In this document: positions 13,768 to 23,265 of the stretch, in pieces | Numbering within the stretch: the first letter of the stretch is position 1 | Layout: each line of letters opens with the position of its first letter | Source of the DNA: Candidatus Electrothrix sp. GW3-4 | GTDB taxonomy: Bacteria > Desulfobacterota > Desulfobulbia > Desulfobulbales > Desulfobulbaceae | Reading direction: 5' to 3' | Assembly: GCF_037902255.1 (NCBI RefSeq) | Contig: NZ_CP147990.1 | Location: forward strand, 2,280,001 to 2,312,000 | Length of the DNA stretch: 32,000 bases | The notes under the pieces: model-generated | What the model was told of the DNA's origin: nothing | The model's input: only the letters and a program-made list of their open reading frames with translations | Databases searched by the model: none | Program-made: the position numbers and the translations under genes

Positions 13768-16047
13768 TTACCGATAATAGAGACTCGGGCTGCCCATGGT
13801 CTGCATAACCTGGTACAGATGACGGCGAAAATCACGCCGATCGGTTATCCCTTGAATATGGCCCCGTTTGAGGGCATTCCTCGCATCATGATAATCCGGC
13901 GGGATATCAATACCCGTGGTCTCGCGGATAACCCGTGGTCCGGCAAAACCGATCCGACTGGAACGGATAGCGAACTGATAGGGAGAGCAGCCCAGGAAAG
14001 AGGCAACCGGTCCGGCATAGGAGTTATTATCATAGACCACGATATAGAGGCCACCGGAATCAATATATTCCCGAACTGCCATTGTGCATTTAGGCATCTG
14101 GGCGACACCTAAGGTGCCTTCCTGAATCCGGATACCGCCCGTGGTATGCACATAGGCAAGCAGAGGCCGCTTCTTCCGCCGGGCTCGATCACAGGCACGG
14201 ACGAACTTTTCCCCTTCCGCAGAACCCACGGTTCCGTTCCGAAAATCAGAGAACAGCATGGTCACAACCAGGTGGATATCCTTGACCTTGGCATCAAAGG
14301 TCAGGTTGGCACTGCCCATACCTGTCCTGGAGCGTGCCGCCTTAAGACGCTCATCAAACCCTTCATAATTCAAAGGATTACGGGAAAAAATCTCGTTATT
14401 AAAGATCCGAACAGAACCTGGATCAAAAACATTCTTCAGATACCATTGATATTCCAGTGGGAAATGATACCCGCAATTTTCACAAACACCACAGAACTCA
14501 CCGTAGAGATCAGGAATCCACAGATCCTGACAACCGTGTTTTTCTGCATTTGGGCAGGTGACGGTTCGATCCTCATTAGCCAGAGGACTGGTGTAGGTAT
14601 CTGTGAGCTCCAGGGGGTCAGGAATAATGCAATAATCACCAGCGGCCTGGGCCGCAATGGCAGGTGATATGGCAGCACTCACTCTTTTCTTCTCATCCTG
14701 CACAAAGATCTTACTATGCACAGAGGCAAAGGGCGCAACGAGGCGATTGACCAAGGCCGTCCCCTCACCAGAGACCTCTTTCAAGGTTTTCTGCATCTGT
14801 TTATGCTGATTTTTCAGCACATCATAGCGAAAGGTATACCAAAGTTTCTCTGAAGCCGAATAAAGGGACTTAAACATGTTTTCCGCAGGGATATTGATCA
14901 CTCCAAAGCTCTGCATACTCATGTTCCGATATTTTCTGGAGCGTGCCCTGAGCAGGCGCTCGGTTTCTTTGGGGCCAAGATCCCACGGAATATCAATCTG
15001 TGGGGCCTCATCCGGGCTCTCCGCCTTTTTCCTCTTCACCTCATAGGAACGGAAGCCACGCACGCTCTTGGTCTTCAGGACCACCTCGTCCGTGGCTCGG
15101 ATAATTTCAGAGCGGATACGAGCAAAAAAAGCGAAATCATCGGTCTTCGCCCCCAGGGGTGGCTCTTGAATAATACGATCAATGGTACCGAGGCGCAGAT
15201 TATCTGCTGCTGTGATATTCAGCTGGCGGGCACAGCGCTCAATCAGGTTCGGAGACACCTTTTCTCCTTCTCTGACCCGACCTTCAATAGCTGCGGCCCC
15301 TTCTGGAGATATCACCGAATAATAGCCGTGGGAGAACATAAGGCGAAAATCGCTCAAGCCCACAGCCTCAGCTCCACCAGATCCCCCCTCTGAAATAACA
15401 GAGATCATGGGCACCCGGAGCTTGGTCATGGTATAGAGGTTACGGGCAATCTGCTGGGCCGCACCTGGGTATTCCTCAACAGGATACGAACCTGGGGTAA
15501 AAATATAAAAATGAATAGGAATACCCTCGGTTTCGGCTACCTTCATATAGCGCATGGCCTTTTCGTTTCCCCAGGGTTTACAGGAACCACCGTTACGGAA
15601 TTCTTCGCCGTGGCCGACCTCCTGCCCGATGATCATCACCGGCGAGGTATAGGGTTTTTTCTTGATCCGGCGGACAATATTGGCCTTGGCAACCACCAGG
15701 GCCGGGTCAATATTGGCCTCACCCTCGCCGCCAAGCTCGGTATGTTCCTCATACACATTTTCGAGAATATCTTTCAGAGAAAAACGTAACGGAGAGCGAA
15801 CAATCCGCACCCGCTCCATGGAGGTAAGGCCCTCCTCGCAACGTTCTTCGAGAAAACGAACAGAGTCTTCCAGTTTTTCAAGTCGTGCACTGAACTCCGC
15901 GTTATCCAGATCAAAAATAGCATCTTTCAGCTGTTCGGCTTTTTCTTGGAATTCAGCAAGATTGCCCCAGTCAGCGTTATCCTTTATATGAATCAGATAA
16001 CCTATACGCTGGTCAACCCTCTGAAGCTGTTTGATAAGATCATTCAT
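13768..16047 (-). CDS. Acetyl-CoA carboxylase carboxyltransferase, a fused alpha (AccA-like, N-terminal) and beta (AccD-like, C-terminal) polypeptide
   Basis: 759 aa. The N-terminal half has PVMIIGQEVGHG...FTPGSYPV...ISEGGSGGAEA...SVISPEG (AccA-like). The C-terminal half has a Cys-rich zinc-finger region (CGVCENCGYH) and ...GGIRIQEG...IGFAGPRVI (AccD-like). Confidence 0.85.
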   Translation of the reverse strand: MNDLIKQLQRVDQRIGYLIHIKDNADWGNLAEFQEKAEQLKDAIFDLDNAEFSARLEKLEDSVRFLEERCEEGLTSMERVRIVRSPLRFSLKDILENVYEEHTELGGEGEANIDPALVVAKANIVRRIKKKPYTSPVMIIGQEVGHGEEFRNGGSCKPWGNEKAMRYMKVAETEGIPIHFYIFTPGSYPVEEYPGAAQQIARNLYTMTKLRVPMISVISEGGSGGAEAVGLSDFRLMFSHGYYSVISPEGAAAIEGRVREGEKVSPNLIERCARQLNITAADNLRLGTIDRIIQEPPLGAKTDDFAFFARIRSEIIRATDEVVLKTKSVRGFRSYEVKRKKAESPDEAPQIDIPWDLGPKETERLLRARSRKYRNMSMQSFGVINIPAENMFKSLYSASEKLWYTFRYDVLKNQHKQMQKTLKEVSGEGTALVNRLVAPFASVHSKIFVQDEKKRVSAAISPAIAAQAAGDYCIIPDPLELTDTYTSPLANEDRTVTCPNAEKHGCQDLWIPDLYGEFCGVCENCGYHFPLEYQWYLKNVFDPGSVRIFNNEIFSRNPLNYEGFDERLKAARSRTGMGSANLTFDAKVKDIHLVVTMLFSDFRNGTVGSAEGEKFVRACDRARRKKRPLLAYVHTTGGIRIQEGTLGVAQMPKCTMAVREYIDSGGLYIVVYDNNSYAGPVASFLGCSPYQFAIRSSRIGFAGPRVIRETTGIDIPPDYHDARNALKRGHIQGITDRRDFRRHLYQVMQTMGSPSLYYR

Positions 16048-16145
16048 TAGAGATTAAGACGAATAAGATACATATATTAAAAATGACAGAGAGTCGAGCA
16101 GCCACCAAAACAGACCAGCTCCCCAACCCACTTTCAGCGCAGAAC

Positions 16146-17555
16146 TTAGAAGGTCAGAAGACGATCAAGATTTTCGCGCAGATAATCAAGATTTGTCAGG
16201 ATGATATCACCGGAGCTATTGACCCCCTCAATCTGCGAGGCATCAATAAACTGCCGGGCACGTTCTTTGGCCTCTTCTACATTCTCTCCCCAGACTAAGG
16301 CCAAGGCGAGGTTGGGGTCATACTCACTGGGGATGGGATAGGGTCGATCGGTCGGAACATGACTATAGGTGGCCGACCATTCATATTGTGGCAGGTCAAA
16401 TCGGGTGATAGTGCCGATCCAGGGGGCAAAGTCACGTTGGGTGTTTTCAGCAACTATGCGCAGCTCAATGCTTGCGCCCCGAAAGAGCACGTCACTCTGC
16501 TGATAGCCCATAGGCTCACCAAGGGCCAGACGAATCTGTTCCCGAAGCAGGTTGGGGTGCGTGTCATTGAGATAACTTATCCGGGCCGACACATCGTTTT
16601 CCACCTGGATACGGGTATTGACCTCCAGGAGATAGGGTTTACCGCTCCGGCTGACTATCCACTCCCAGGTCCCGACATTATCGTACTGCACATGCTCAGC
16701 CAGTTTCAACGAATAGTCAACGATATTATCCAGGACCTTTTCCGCATTAAAATCGTAATCAAAACAAGAGGTATGAAATCCAGGTGCAGCCTCGACCCGC
16801 TTTTGCCTGCCCGTGGACTGGATAGTACAGTTCCGAGACCCGAAATGGATTCGTTCATCATGACGGGAACAAACCAACTGCACTTCAAGATGATTAAAAT
16901 CACGCAGTCGCTGCTCAATCAGCACTCCACCATCACCGAATTGACGTTTGGCATAATTTTGCACCTGGCGATAAACCCGGCGAAAATGTTCAATCCTATT
17001 GACCTCCTCAATTCCCATCCCGCCCCCGCCAGCAGCGGCCTTGATCAAGATAGCCGGATTTGGCTCATCCTCCTCCCTCTGCATATCAAAGAGATGCTGG
17101 GCAATCTCCTCGGCCTCCATCTCATTATAGATAGGAGCAGAAGTGCCTGGGATCGTGGGAATCCCCAACTTATTGGCAACTCGCTTGGTATTGATCTTAT
17201 CACCCAAGTCGCGGATAACCTCCCAACTTGGACCGATAAAGACGAGAGGTCGATCGCGAACCGTTACCCGGCGCGCGAAGCGATAATCTTCCGAAAAAAA
17301 ACCATATCCGGGGTGAATTGCCGTACATCCGGTATGATCAGCCACGGACAGGATATCATTAGGATCGGTGTAGCTGGCCACTCGCCATGCATTCTGCTCA
17401 TTACCGTTCTGCCGATTACGCTGGACATGTTCAGAGTCTTGATCAGCATCAGTGTAGATAATCGTGTATTCAAGACCGAGATCTTGACAGGCCTCCATAA
17501 TGCGGATAGCGATCTCGCCGCGATTAGCAATCAGTACTTTGCCTTGCACAAACAA
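16146..17555 (-). CDS. accC: Biotin carboxylase (AccC-type)
   Basis: KVLIANRGEIAIRI at the N-terminus, an ATP-grasp region, and a 469-aa maximum ORF. The likely true start is GTG 17549, which sits 6 nt after AAGGGG. Confidence 0.85.
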   Translation of the reverse strand: MFVQGKVLIANRGEIAIRIMEACQDLGLEYTIIYTDADQDSEHVQRNRQNGNEQNAWRVASYTDPNDILSVADHTGCTAIHPGYGFFSEDYRFARRVTVRDRPLVFIGPSWEVIRDLGDKINTKRVANKLGIPTIPGTSAPIYNEMEAEEIAQHLFDMQREEDEPNPAILIKAAAGGGGMGIEEVNRIEHFRRVYRQVQNYAKRQFGDGGVLIEQRLRDFNHLEVQLVCSRHDERIHFGSRNCTIQSTGRQKRVEAAPGFHTSCFDYDFNAEKVLDNIVDYSLKLAEHVQYDNVGTWEWIVSRSGKPYLLEVNTRIQVENDVSARISYLNDTHPNLLREQIRLALGEPMGYQQSDVLFRGASIELRIVAENTQRDFAPWIGTITRFDLPQYEWSATYSHVPTDRPYPIPSEYDPNLALALVWGENVEEAKERARQFIDASQIEGVNSSGDIILTNLDYLRENLDRLLTF

Positions 17556-17879
17556 CCCCTTAAAACTTTATCTGTTGTTGGAAAACTCTGAACTCTTCGA
17601 AAATGCTGCTGCATTCTCTCGCAGGGAACAGGGAAAAAGTCCGAGTATAAAAGTTCGAGTATACCTCGCCGATAATTTTTTCATTCTACTCCACCTTCGA
17701 CAAGTTGAAAAGTTGTAAATGGAAATTCGTAAATAGAAAAGAGCAGATATCTTGATCTGCCGGGGTATAATCACTGGGTTACTGACAATTTTCTTGACTT
17801 TCTTTATCTATTTTCTAGAGTTAGAATAACAGATCATCATGGAATAAACATCCTTGTACTAGGAAGACATGTGAAGAGT

Positions 17880-18728
17880 ATGGCGGAGAAAAAGGAGGAC
17901 AATGGGAGAAAATCACTTTGGCAACGAGTCAAGTCTCTGGCCAAATTCAGAAGATCTCCTGACACCACCCAGGAATTAGAGCATGAAATCCAGGGATTAC
18001 TGGAAAATGGTGAAGAACAGGGTTTAATCAGCAGTCACGAGGAGCAATTGATTAACTCTATTTTTCATTTTCGGGCCACTGTTGCCTCCGAGATAATGAC
18101 ACCAACAGCGGAAATCGTACGAATCAATGTTAAAAACTCTGTTCAAGAGGCGATAGCCTTAATCAACGTAGAGGGCTACACGAGAATACCGGTCTTCAGT
18201 GGCAGCCAAGACAATATTATTGGCATTCTCCATGCGAAGGACCTGCTACGCACCTTTGAAGGAAGAACTGAGCCAGAGAGGCATTTAGAAAATTACCTCA
18301 ACCCTCCTATGATTATCTCCGAATCCAAGCCCATTACTGAGCTTCTTCGGGAATTTCAGGCGAAAAAAAATCACATAGCTGTGGTTACGGACGAATTTGG
18401 TGGCGTTCGAGGCCTGATCACCCTTGAAGATGTCATTGAGGAGATCGTCGGCGAGATCGACGACGAACACGATCAAGAAGAGCGTGAACTCATGCAGGTT
18501 GATCAACAAACCGTTGTAGTGGATGCAAAAATTGATATTGAAGAGGTGGAAAAACATTTTCAATGCAGGCTGCCAGAGGGACCGTATGAATCCATAGGCG
18601 GGTTCATCATCCACTGCCTGGGGCGTATGCCCCAAAACGGCGAGACTGTAGAGAGCGCCCCTCTGACCTTAACTGTCCTCGTGGCAAATCCCCGAAAAGT
18701 TCGTACAGTAAGAATTCGTAAGGTATGA
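17880..18728 (+). CDS. corC: CorC/HlyC-family CBS-domain protein (YbeX-like)
   Basis: CBS pair region (IMTPTAEIVRI...ILHAKDLL; HIAVVTDEFGGVRGLITLEDVIEEIVGEIDDEHD) plus a CorC_HlyC C-terminal domain. The corC-lnt gene order is conserved. ATG 17880 is preferred over GTG 17871. Confidence 0.8.
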   Translation: MAEKKEDNGRKSLWQRVKSLAKFRRSPDTTQELEHEIQGLLENGEEQGLISSHEEQLINSIFHFRATVASEIMTPTAEIVRINVKNSVQEAIALINVEGYTRIPVFSGSQDNIIGILHAKDLLRTFEGRTEPERHLENYLNPPMIISESKPITELLREFQAKKNHIAVVTDEFGGVRGLITLEDVIEEIVGEIDDEHDQEERELMQVDQQTVVVDAKIDIEEVEKHFQCRLPEGPYESIGGFIIHCLGRMPQNGETVESAPLTLTVLVANPRKVRTVRIRKV

Positions 18729-20371
18729 CAAAAACAAACACCCTACCCTCTATTAAACCGCTGAGGGGGTATACCCTTTATATTCGGGCGTTCTTGAGCG
18801 CTTTCCTGCTCGCCCTGGCCATGCCGGGAATCACTGACTGGTGGCCCCTGCTCTTTATTGCCCTTATCCCTCTCTTCTCAGCACTTGGCCACTTATCTGC
18901 AAGACAAAGCGTCTTTATGGGGCTGACCTGTGGCCTCCTCTATAACACCAGTCTCTTTTACTGGATAGTCCCGGTCCTGCAACGCTTTGGCGGACTCCAT
19001 GCTGCGACAGCCCTTGCTGTCCTCCTTATGCTGGCTGCGTACATGGCGATCTATATCGGCCTGTTCTGCTTGCTGATCAATCATTTATTGAGCAAATCTA
19101 GATCACAGGGAAAATCTGCTGCCCTTCTTCTGCTCACCGCTCCTACCCTCTGGACAGGGCTTGATTTTCTTCGCAGCTCTTTGTTTACCGGCATACCCTG
19201 GATGGATCTGGGATACGCCCTCTACCGGCAGCCATTATTGATCCAGGCCGCAGATCTGGGGGGGCATTATCTGATTACCTTCTCTGTGGTGCTGATCAAC
19301 GCATTGCTTTTCTGGTTCCTGGAGAGGGCATTCGCCTCCTTTTCCTCCTCTTCTCCTGTCTCTGATTATCATTTCGGCCAGCCAGTGACGGTCTTTCTCC
19401 TGCTCACCTGTCTTGGAGGATATTCTGTCTTACGTTATCAACAGATTGCCTCTGAGGCGACAGCGGCAGAAACGACCTATCTCAGCACTGTTCAGGGAAA
19501 TATTGAGCAAAGCATGAAATGGTCGCCAACACAAAAGGAAAAAACTGTGGAGCGCTACCTTTCGCTCTCAGCACAAGCTCTTGCAGGCGAGGAAAAACCG
19601 GATCTGCTCGTCTGGCCGGAAACAGCCCTCCCCTTCTACCCAGCGCGTGAGCCCCTCATGAATCGGGTTCGGACCTTTATTCGAAAAAATGAAGTCCGTG
19701 TATTGACCGGTTCTCCCTACTTCACGGTGAATCCGCAGCAACAGGAGTCGGTATCCTATTATAATAGTGCCCTCCTTCTCAATCGTTCAGGCAGGTTGTC
19801 AGGCCGCTACAACAAGCAGCATCTTGTTCCCTTTGGGGAATATATCCCTCTGCGCACCTATCTCTGGTTTCTCAAACCAATAGTTGAACTGATAGGCGAC
19901 TTCACGCCCGGTGACTCGTTCACCCCTCTTGATGCAGAAAAGATTCAGGTCGGGGTCCTGATCTGTTTTGAATCAATCTTTCCAGACATTGCCCGCCAAG
20001 AGGTTTTTGAAGGGGCTAACCTCCTGGTCAATCTGACAAATGACGCCTGGTACGGAAGATCAAGCGCCCCATACCATTCCTGGGCCATGACCGTATTCCG
20101 AGCAGTAGAAAACAGGCGAAGCCTGGTGCGGGCAGCAAATACCGGCATCAGTGGTTTTGTCAGCCCTGAAGGAGAAGTCCATAAAGAAACCCCTTTGTTC
20201 ACGGCACAAGCAACAAGCATGAGGATGCCCTTGCTCACAGGTCATACCATCTTTATGCGGGGTGGCTATCGCTTTGGGGCACTCTGCTTAATACTGATTC
20301 CAGTTTTCCTGTACCTCTCTGCGAGGAAAAGATCGAAAAGCAAAGCGCGGGTCAAGAGCATACGTTCATGA
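18725..20371 (+). CDS. lnt: Apolipoprotein N-acyltransferase
   Basis: 548 aa with a multi-TM N-terminal half and a nitrilase-like C-terminal half carrying VWPETA, LICFESIFP (catalytic Cys context) and NLTNDAWYG. The ATG overlaps the corC stop (ATGA). Confidence 0.85.
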   Translation: MTKTNTLPSIKPLRGYTLYIRAFLSAFLLALAMPGITDWWPLLFIALIPLFSALGHLSARQSVFMGLTCGLLYNTSLFYWIVPVLQRFGGLHAATALAVLLMLAAYMAIYIGLFCLLINHLLSKSRSQGKSAALLLLTAPTLWTGLDFLRSSLFTGIPWMDLGYALYRQPLLIQAADLGGHYLITFSVVLINALLFWFLERAFASFSSSSPVSDYHFGQPVTVFLLLTCLGGYSVLRYQQIASEATAAETTYLSTVQGNIEQSMKWSPTQKEKTVERYLSLSAQALAGEEKPDLLVWPETALPFYPAREPLMNRVRTFIRKNEVRVLTGSPYFTVNPQQQESVSYYNSALLLNRSGRLSGRYNKQHLVPFGEYIPLRTYLWFLKPIVELIGDFTPGDSFTPLDAEKIQVGVLICFESIFPDIARQEVFEGANLLVNLTNDAWYGRSSAPYHSWAMTVFRAVENRRSLVRAANTGISGFVSPEGEVHKETPLFTAQATSMRMPLLTGHTIFMRGGYRFGALCLILIPVFLYLSARKRSKSKARVKSIRS

Positions 20372-20676
20372 GAATCATAAGAAAAAATGCGCTGAATAAT
20401 CTGAAAAGAAATTCAGGGGAGCGAACCAAGGTGACAAAGAAAAAAAAATATATCGGCGTCAGTCAGAATGAAGACGGAAGCTGGCAATTTACCGTATGTA
20501 AGGAAAACGGCAAAATAAAGACCAGTGTAGGGCACAGTACAGCAAAGGTAGCAGCGCTCATGCGAGATGAGTATATCCTGAGACATGGTTTGGAGGAAAA
20601 GAGTAATTTTCCGGTCAAACGGATGGCAAAAATGCGCAACGAGGCCTATGAACAGATGTTCGGCATCTTGAAATAA
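20368..20676 (+). CDS. Small basic protein with an AP2-like DNA-binding domain
   Basis: 102 aa. YIGVSQNEDGSWQFTVCKENGKIKTSVGHSTAKVAALMRDEYILRHG fits the bacterial AP2 pattern (y.GV....g.W.a.i...gk...lG.f.t.eeAa.ayd.a....G). The ATG overlaps the lnt stop (ATGA). Confidence 0.5.
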   Translation: MRIIRKNALNNLKRNSGERTKVTKKKKYIGVSQNEDGSWQFTVCKENGKIKTSVGHSTAKVAALMRDEYILRHGLEEKSNFPVKRMAKMRNEAYEQMFGILK

Positions 20677-20793
20677 GACGTGACCAAGCTCCTTTCATTG
20701 CCATAAAAATACTTTCCTCATAATATGAGGGAAAAAACAACGAATAACAGCTTCGTAAAAAAAGAAGAAAGGAAGACCATAAGGAAACCGAGA

Positions 20794-21907
20794 ATGGCAG
20801 AACTGAACGAAACGGCAGAAGCAAAACAGAAACTCCAGGAACTGAAAGAGAAAATGCTTGCCCTGAAGGAGCATCTTTGACTTAGATGGCAAAAAACTCG
20901 ACATTGAACGACTGGAGTCAGAGTCTCTGGCCCCCAACTTCTGGAACGATCAGGCTAATGCGAAAAAGGTCCAGAAACAATTAGGCCAGCTACAGGATCT
21001 GGTCAAAAACTGGGAACAGAACTTCCAGGATCTGGAAGAGGCAGACATGCTCCTGGACATGGCCATTGAGGAGCAGGACCTTGAAACCCAGCAAGAGGTT
21101 GAGTCTTCCTTGAGCCAGCTGGGCAAACGGGTAGATCTGGTTGAACTGGAGTGCATGTTCGACGGTGAACATGACGAGAGCAACGCCCTGCTGACCATCC
21201 ATGCCGGAGCAGGAGGTACCGAGGCCCAGGACTGGGTAAGCATCCTTATGCGTATGTATCTGCGCTGGGCAGAGGCCCATGATTTCCCCTCAGACATTCT
21301 TGATTATCTGCCAGGAGACGAGGCAGGAGTCAAGTCCGTGACGGTCCGTATCAAAGGAAAGAATGCCTACGGCTATACCCGTTCTGAAGTAGGTATCCAC
21401 CGCCTGGTGCGTATCTCGCCCTTTGATTCTTCTGGACGACGCCATACCTCCTTTGCCTCGGTCATGGTCCTGCCGGAGCTGGACGATACCATTGAGGTGA
21501 AGATCGACGAAAAGGAGCTACGGATAGACACCTACCGGGCCAGTGGCGCTGGAGGGCAGCATGTCAATAAAACCGACTCCGCCATCCGGATCACCCATCT
21601 GCCTACAAACATTGTAGTGCAATGCCAGAACGAACGTTCCCAACATCGCAATAAGGACATGGCCATGAAGATGCTCATGGCCCGGCTCTATGAGAAACAG
21701 CAGGAAGAGCAGGCCAAGGCCCAGGAAAACCTGCACGGTGACAAGAAAGAGATCGCCTGGGGCAGTCAGATCCGCTCCTATGTCCTCCAGCCCTACCGCC
21801 TGATCAAGGACCACCGGACCGACCAGGAAGAGGGCAATGTGGACGCGGTGCTCGATGGACGGCTGGATCCCTTTATCAAGGCCTTTCTCCTGTGGCAACC
21901 GAGCTAA
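20794..21907 (+). CDS. prfB: Peptide chain release factor 2, expressed through the programmed +1 frameshift at 20875-20881
   Basis: Frame 0 reads MAELNETAEAKQKLQELKEKMLALKEHL then TGA at 20878. Shifting +1 gives DLDGKKLDIERLESESLAPNFWNDQ... and joins ORF 21047..21907. The RF2 motifs SPF (RISPFDS) and GGQ (GAGGQHVN) are present. Confidence 0.92.
20866..20881 (+). promoter_or_regulatory. RF2 autoregulatory +1 frameshift site
   Basis: AAGGAG cat CTT TGA C: an internal SD-like element 3 nt upstream of the slippery CTT followed by the in-frame UGA-C, matching the canonical prfB recoding signal. Confidence 0.9.
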
Positions 21908-23133
21908 ACTGTGCCAAATGCGGGGCCTGTGCTGTAGTTTGCCCGGTCTTTCGGGTGGATGAACAAGAGGTGCTGACTGCCCGGGGCAAGATGCACCTCC
22001 TGACCACAGAACTAGCTGAGTACCCCTCTGCTGTTTTTGAGGACCGCTTTTCCCGCTGCCTGCTCTGCGGGGCCTGTGAGCAGGTCTGTCCGCGCCATTT
22101 GCCGATTACAGATCTCATTTCCCAGGCCCGCAGTACCTTTTCCCGTTTTTACGGACCCAATGGGCTGAAAAAAGCTGCAGCCTGTGCTGCGTTACGTCGC
22201 CCGGAGCTTGTAGAGGGGTTAGTTAAAGCTGGCATCAGCCTTCAACGTCTTCAGGCTCTGCCTCTTCATTCAGGTCTGCGCCTGAAACTGGGCCTACTGG
22301 AAAAACGCTCAATCCCGCAGCCCCCCCTCGCTCAACCTCCTTTAGGGAAAGAGGACGAGAGTAGACCACAACAGAATATATCCACAGCCTCTCTCAGTTA
22401 TTTCACCGGCTGTGTTGCCCGTCATATCCAACCTACTATTGTGCAAGCAACCCAATCCTTATTACAAAACAGCGGCCTGCCATCTGCCCATACCCCGGCT
22501 GATCAATACTGCTGCGGCTTGGCTGCCTGGAGTGCTGGCAAAAGGGATCAGGCTCGCGAGCTGGCTCGGAAAAATATTCAGGCCTTTTCTGGATCAGAGG
22601 GGCTAATTGTCACCTCCTGCGCCTCCTGCTCTTCCCATCTCCTTGCATACCCTACCCTGTTTAACGAAGATGATCCGTGGCATGATAAGGCCCTATCCTT
22701 TGCTGAACGAGTTCAGGAATTCACCCATTTTTTTAATGACAAGCTTCCTCCACTTTCCCGGATTGAAAATTCTGAACATCCTGAGCAACGGGTTTTCTAC
22801 CATGATCCCTGTCATCTTCGCTTTAAGGACAAAGGCATGAGTACACCGCGTTTGCTTTTGCAAAAAAGAGGGGTGCAGATTATCGAGCCAGAGGATGGCC
22901 CACGCTGCTGCGGGCAAGGTGGGCTTTTTCACATTGCCTGTCCTGAGCATTCTTTGCAGATATTTGAGCAAAGTAGCAGACAGGCCCTTGCGGGTTCACC
23001 CGCTTATATCACGACGACCTGCTCTGGTTGTTTGATGCAGTTTAAGGAAGGGATGGCACGGCAGGGGCAGGGGGTTGAGGTGGTGCATCTGGCGGTTCTG
23101 CTGGCAGATGCTGCTGTGGTCAGGCGTTCCTGA
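21892..23133 (+). CDS. (Fe-S)-binding oxidoreductase subunit, GlcF/HdrD-like (two 4Fe-4S motifs plus two CCG domains)
   Basis: 413 aa with a GTG start overlapping the prfB end. Motifs: CAKCGACAVVCP and CLLCGACEQVCP, then CCG-type cysteine motifs (YFTGC...CCG; YHDPCHL...CCGQGG). Confidence 0.75.
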   Translation: MATELNCAKCGACAVVCPVFRVDEQEVLTARGKMHLLTTELAEYPSAVFEDRFSRCLLCGACEQVCPRHLPITDLISQARSTFSRFYGPNGLKKAAACAALRRPELVEGLVKAGISLQRLQALPLHSGLRLKLGLLEKRSIPQPPLAQPPLGKEDESRPQQNISTASLSYFTGCVARHIQPTIVQATQSLLQNSGLPSAHTPADQYCCGLAAWSAGKRDQARELARKNIQAFSGSEGLIVTSCASCSSHLLAYPTLFNEDDPWHDKALSFAERVQEFTHFFNDKLPPLSRIENSEHPEQRVFYHDPCHLRFKDKGMSTPRLLLQKRGVQIIEPEDGPRCCGQGGLFHIACPEHSLQIFEQSSRQALAGSPAYITTTCSGCLMQFKEGMARQGQGVEVVHLAVLLADAAVVRRS

Positions 23134-23215
23134 TCAGGAGTCATAGAAGCGTCTGAGCTGGCTATCACTGGTGTGTCAAATCATGTGCATCCCTGTAACT
23201 ACTCAGCCCAACGAA

Positions 23216-23260
23216 AAAGGCCGCTTTCAGGAATGATGAAGACGGCCTTTCCTGTTTTTT
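23216..23260 (+). terminator. Probable terminator after the GlcF-like gene
   Basis: AAAGGCCG (23216-23223) pairs with CGGCCTTT (23243-23250), followed by a T6 run at 23255-23260. The loop is long at 19 nt. Confidence 0.4.
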
Positions 23261-23265
23261 ACTTT

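Noticed and set aside
13819-15991. Multiple 75-173-aa plus-strand ORFs within the accA-accD gene
   Set aside because: They are antisense shadow ORFs. The minus-strand 759-aa frame has continuous carboxyltransferase motifs.
16359-17591. 410-aa plus-strand ORF
   Set aside because: It is entirely antisense to accC, whose minus-strand product has clear biotin-carboxylase motifs. The plus-strand product has no recognisable motifs. It is a shadow ORF.
20695-21297. Minus-strand ORFs 20695..20937, 20950..21297 and 20990..21280
   Set aside because: They are antisense to the prfB leader and body. The plus strand is fully explained by RF2.
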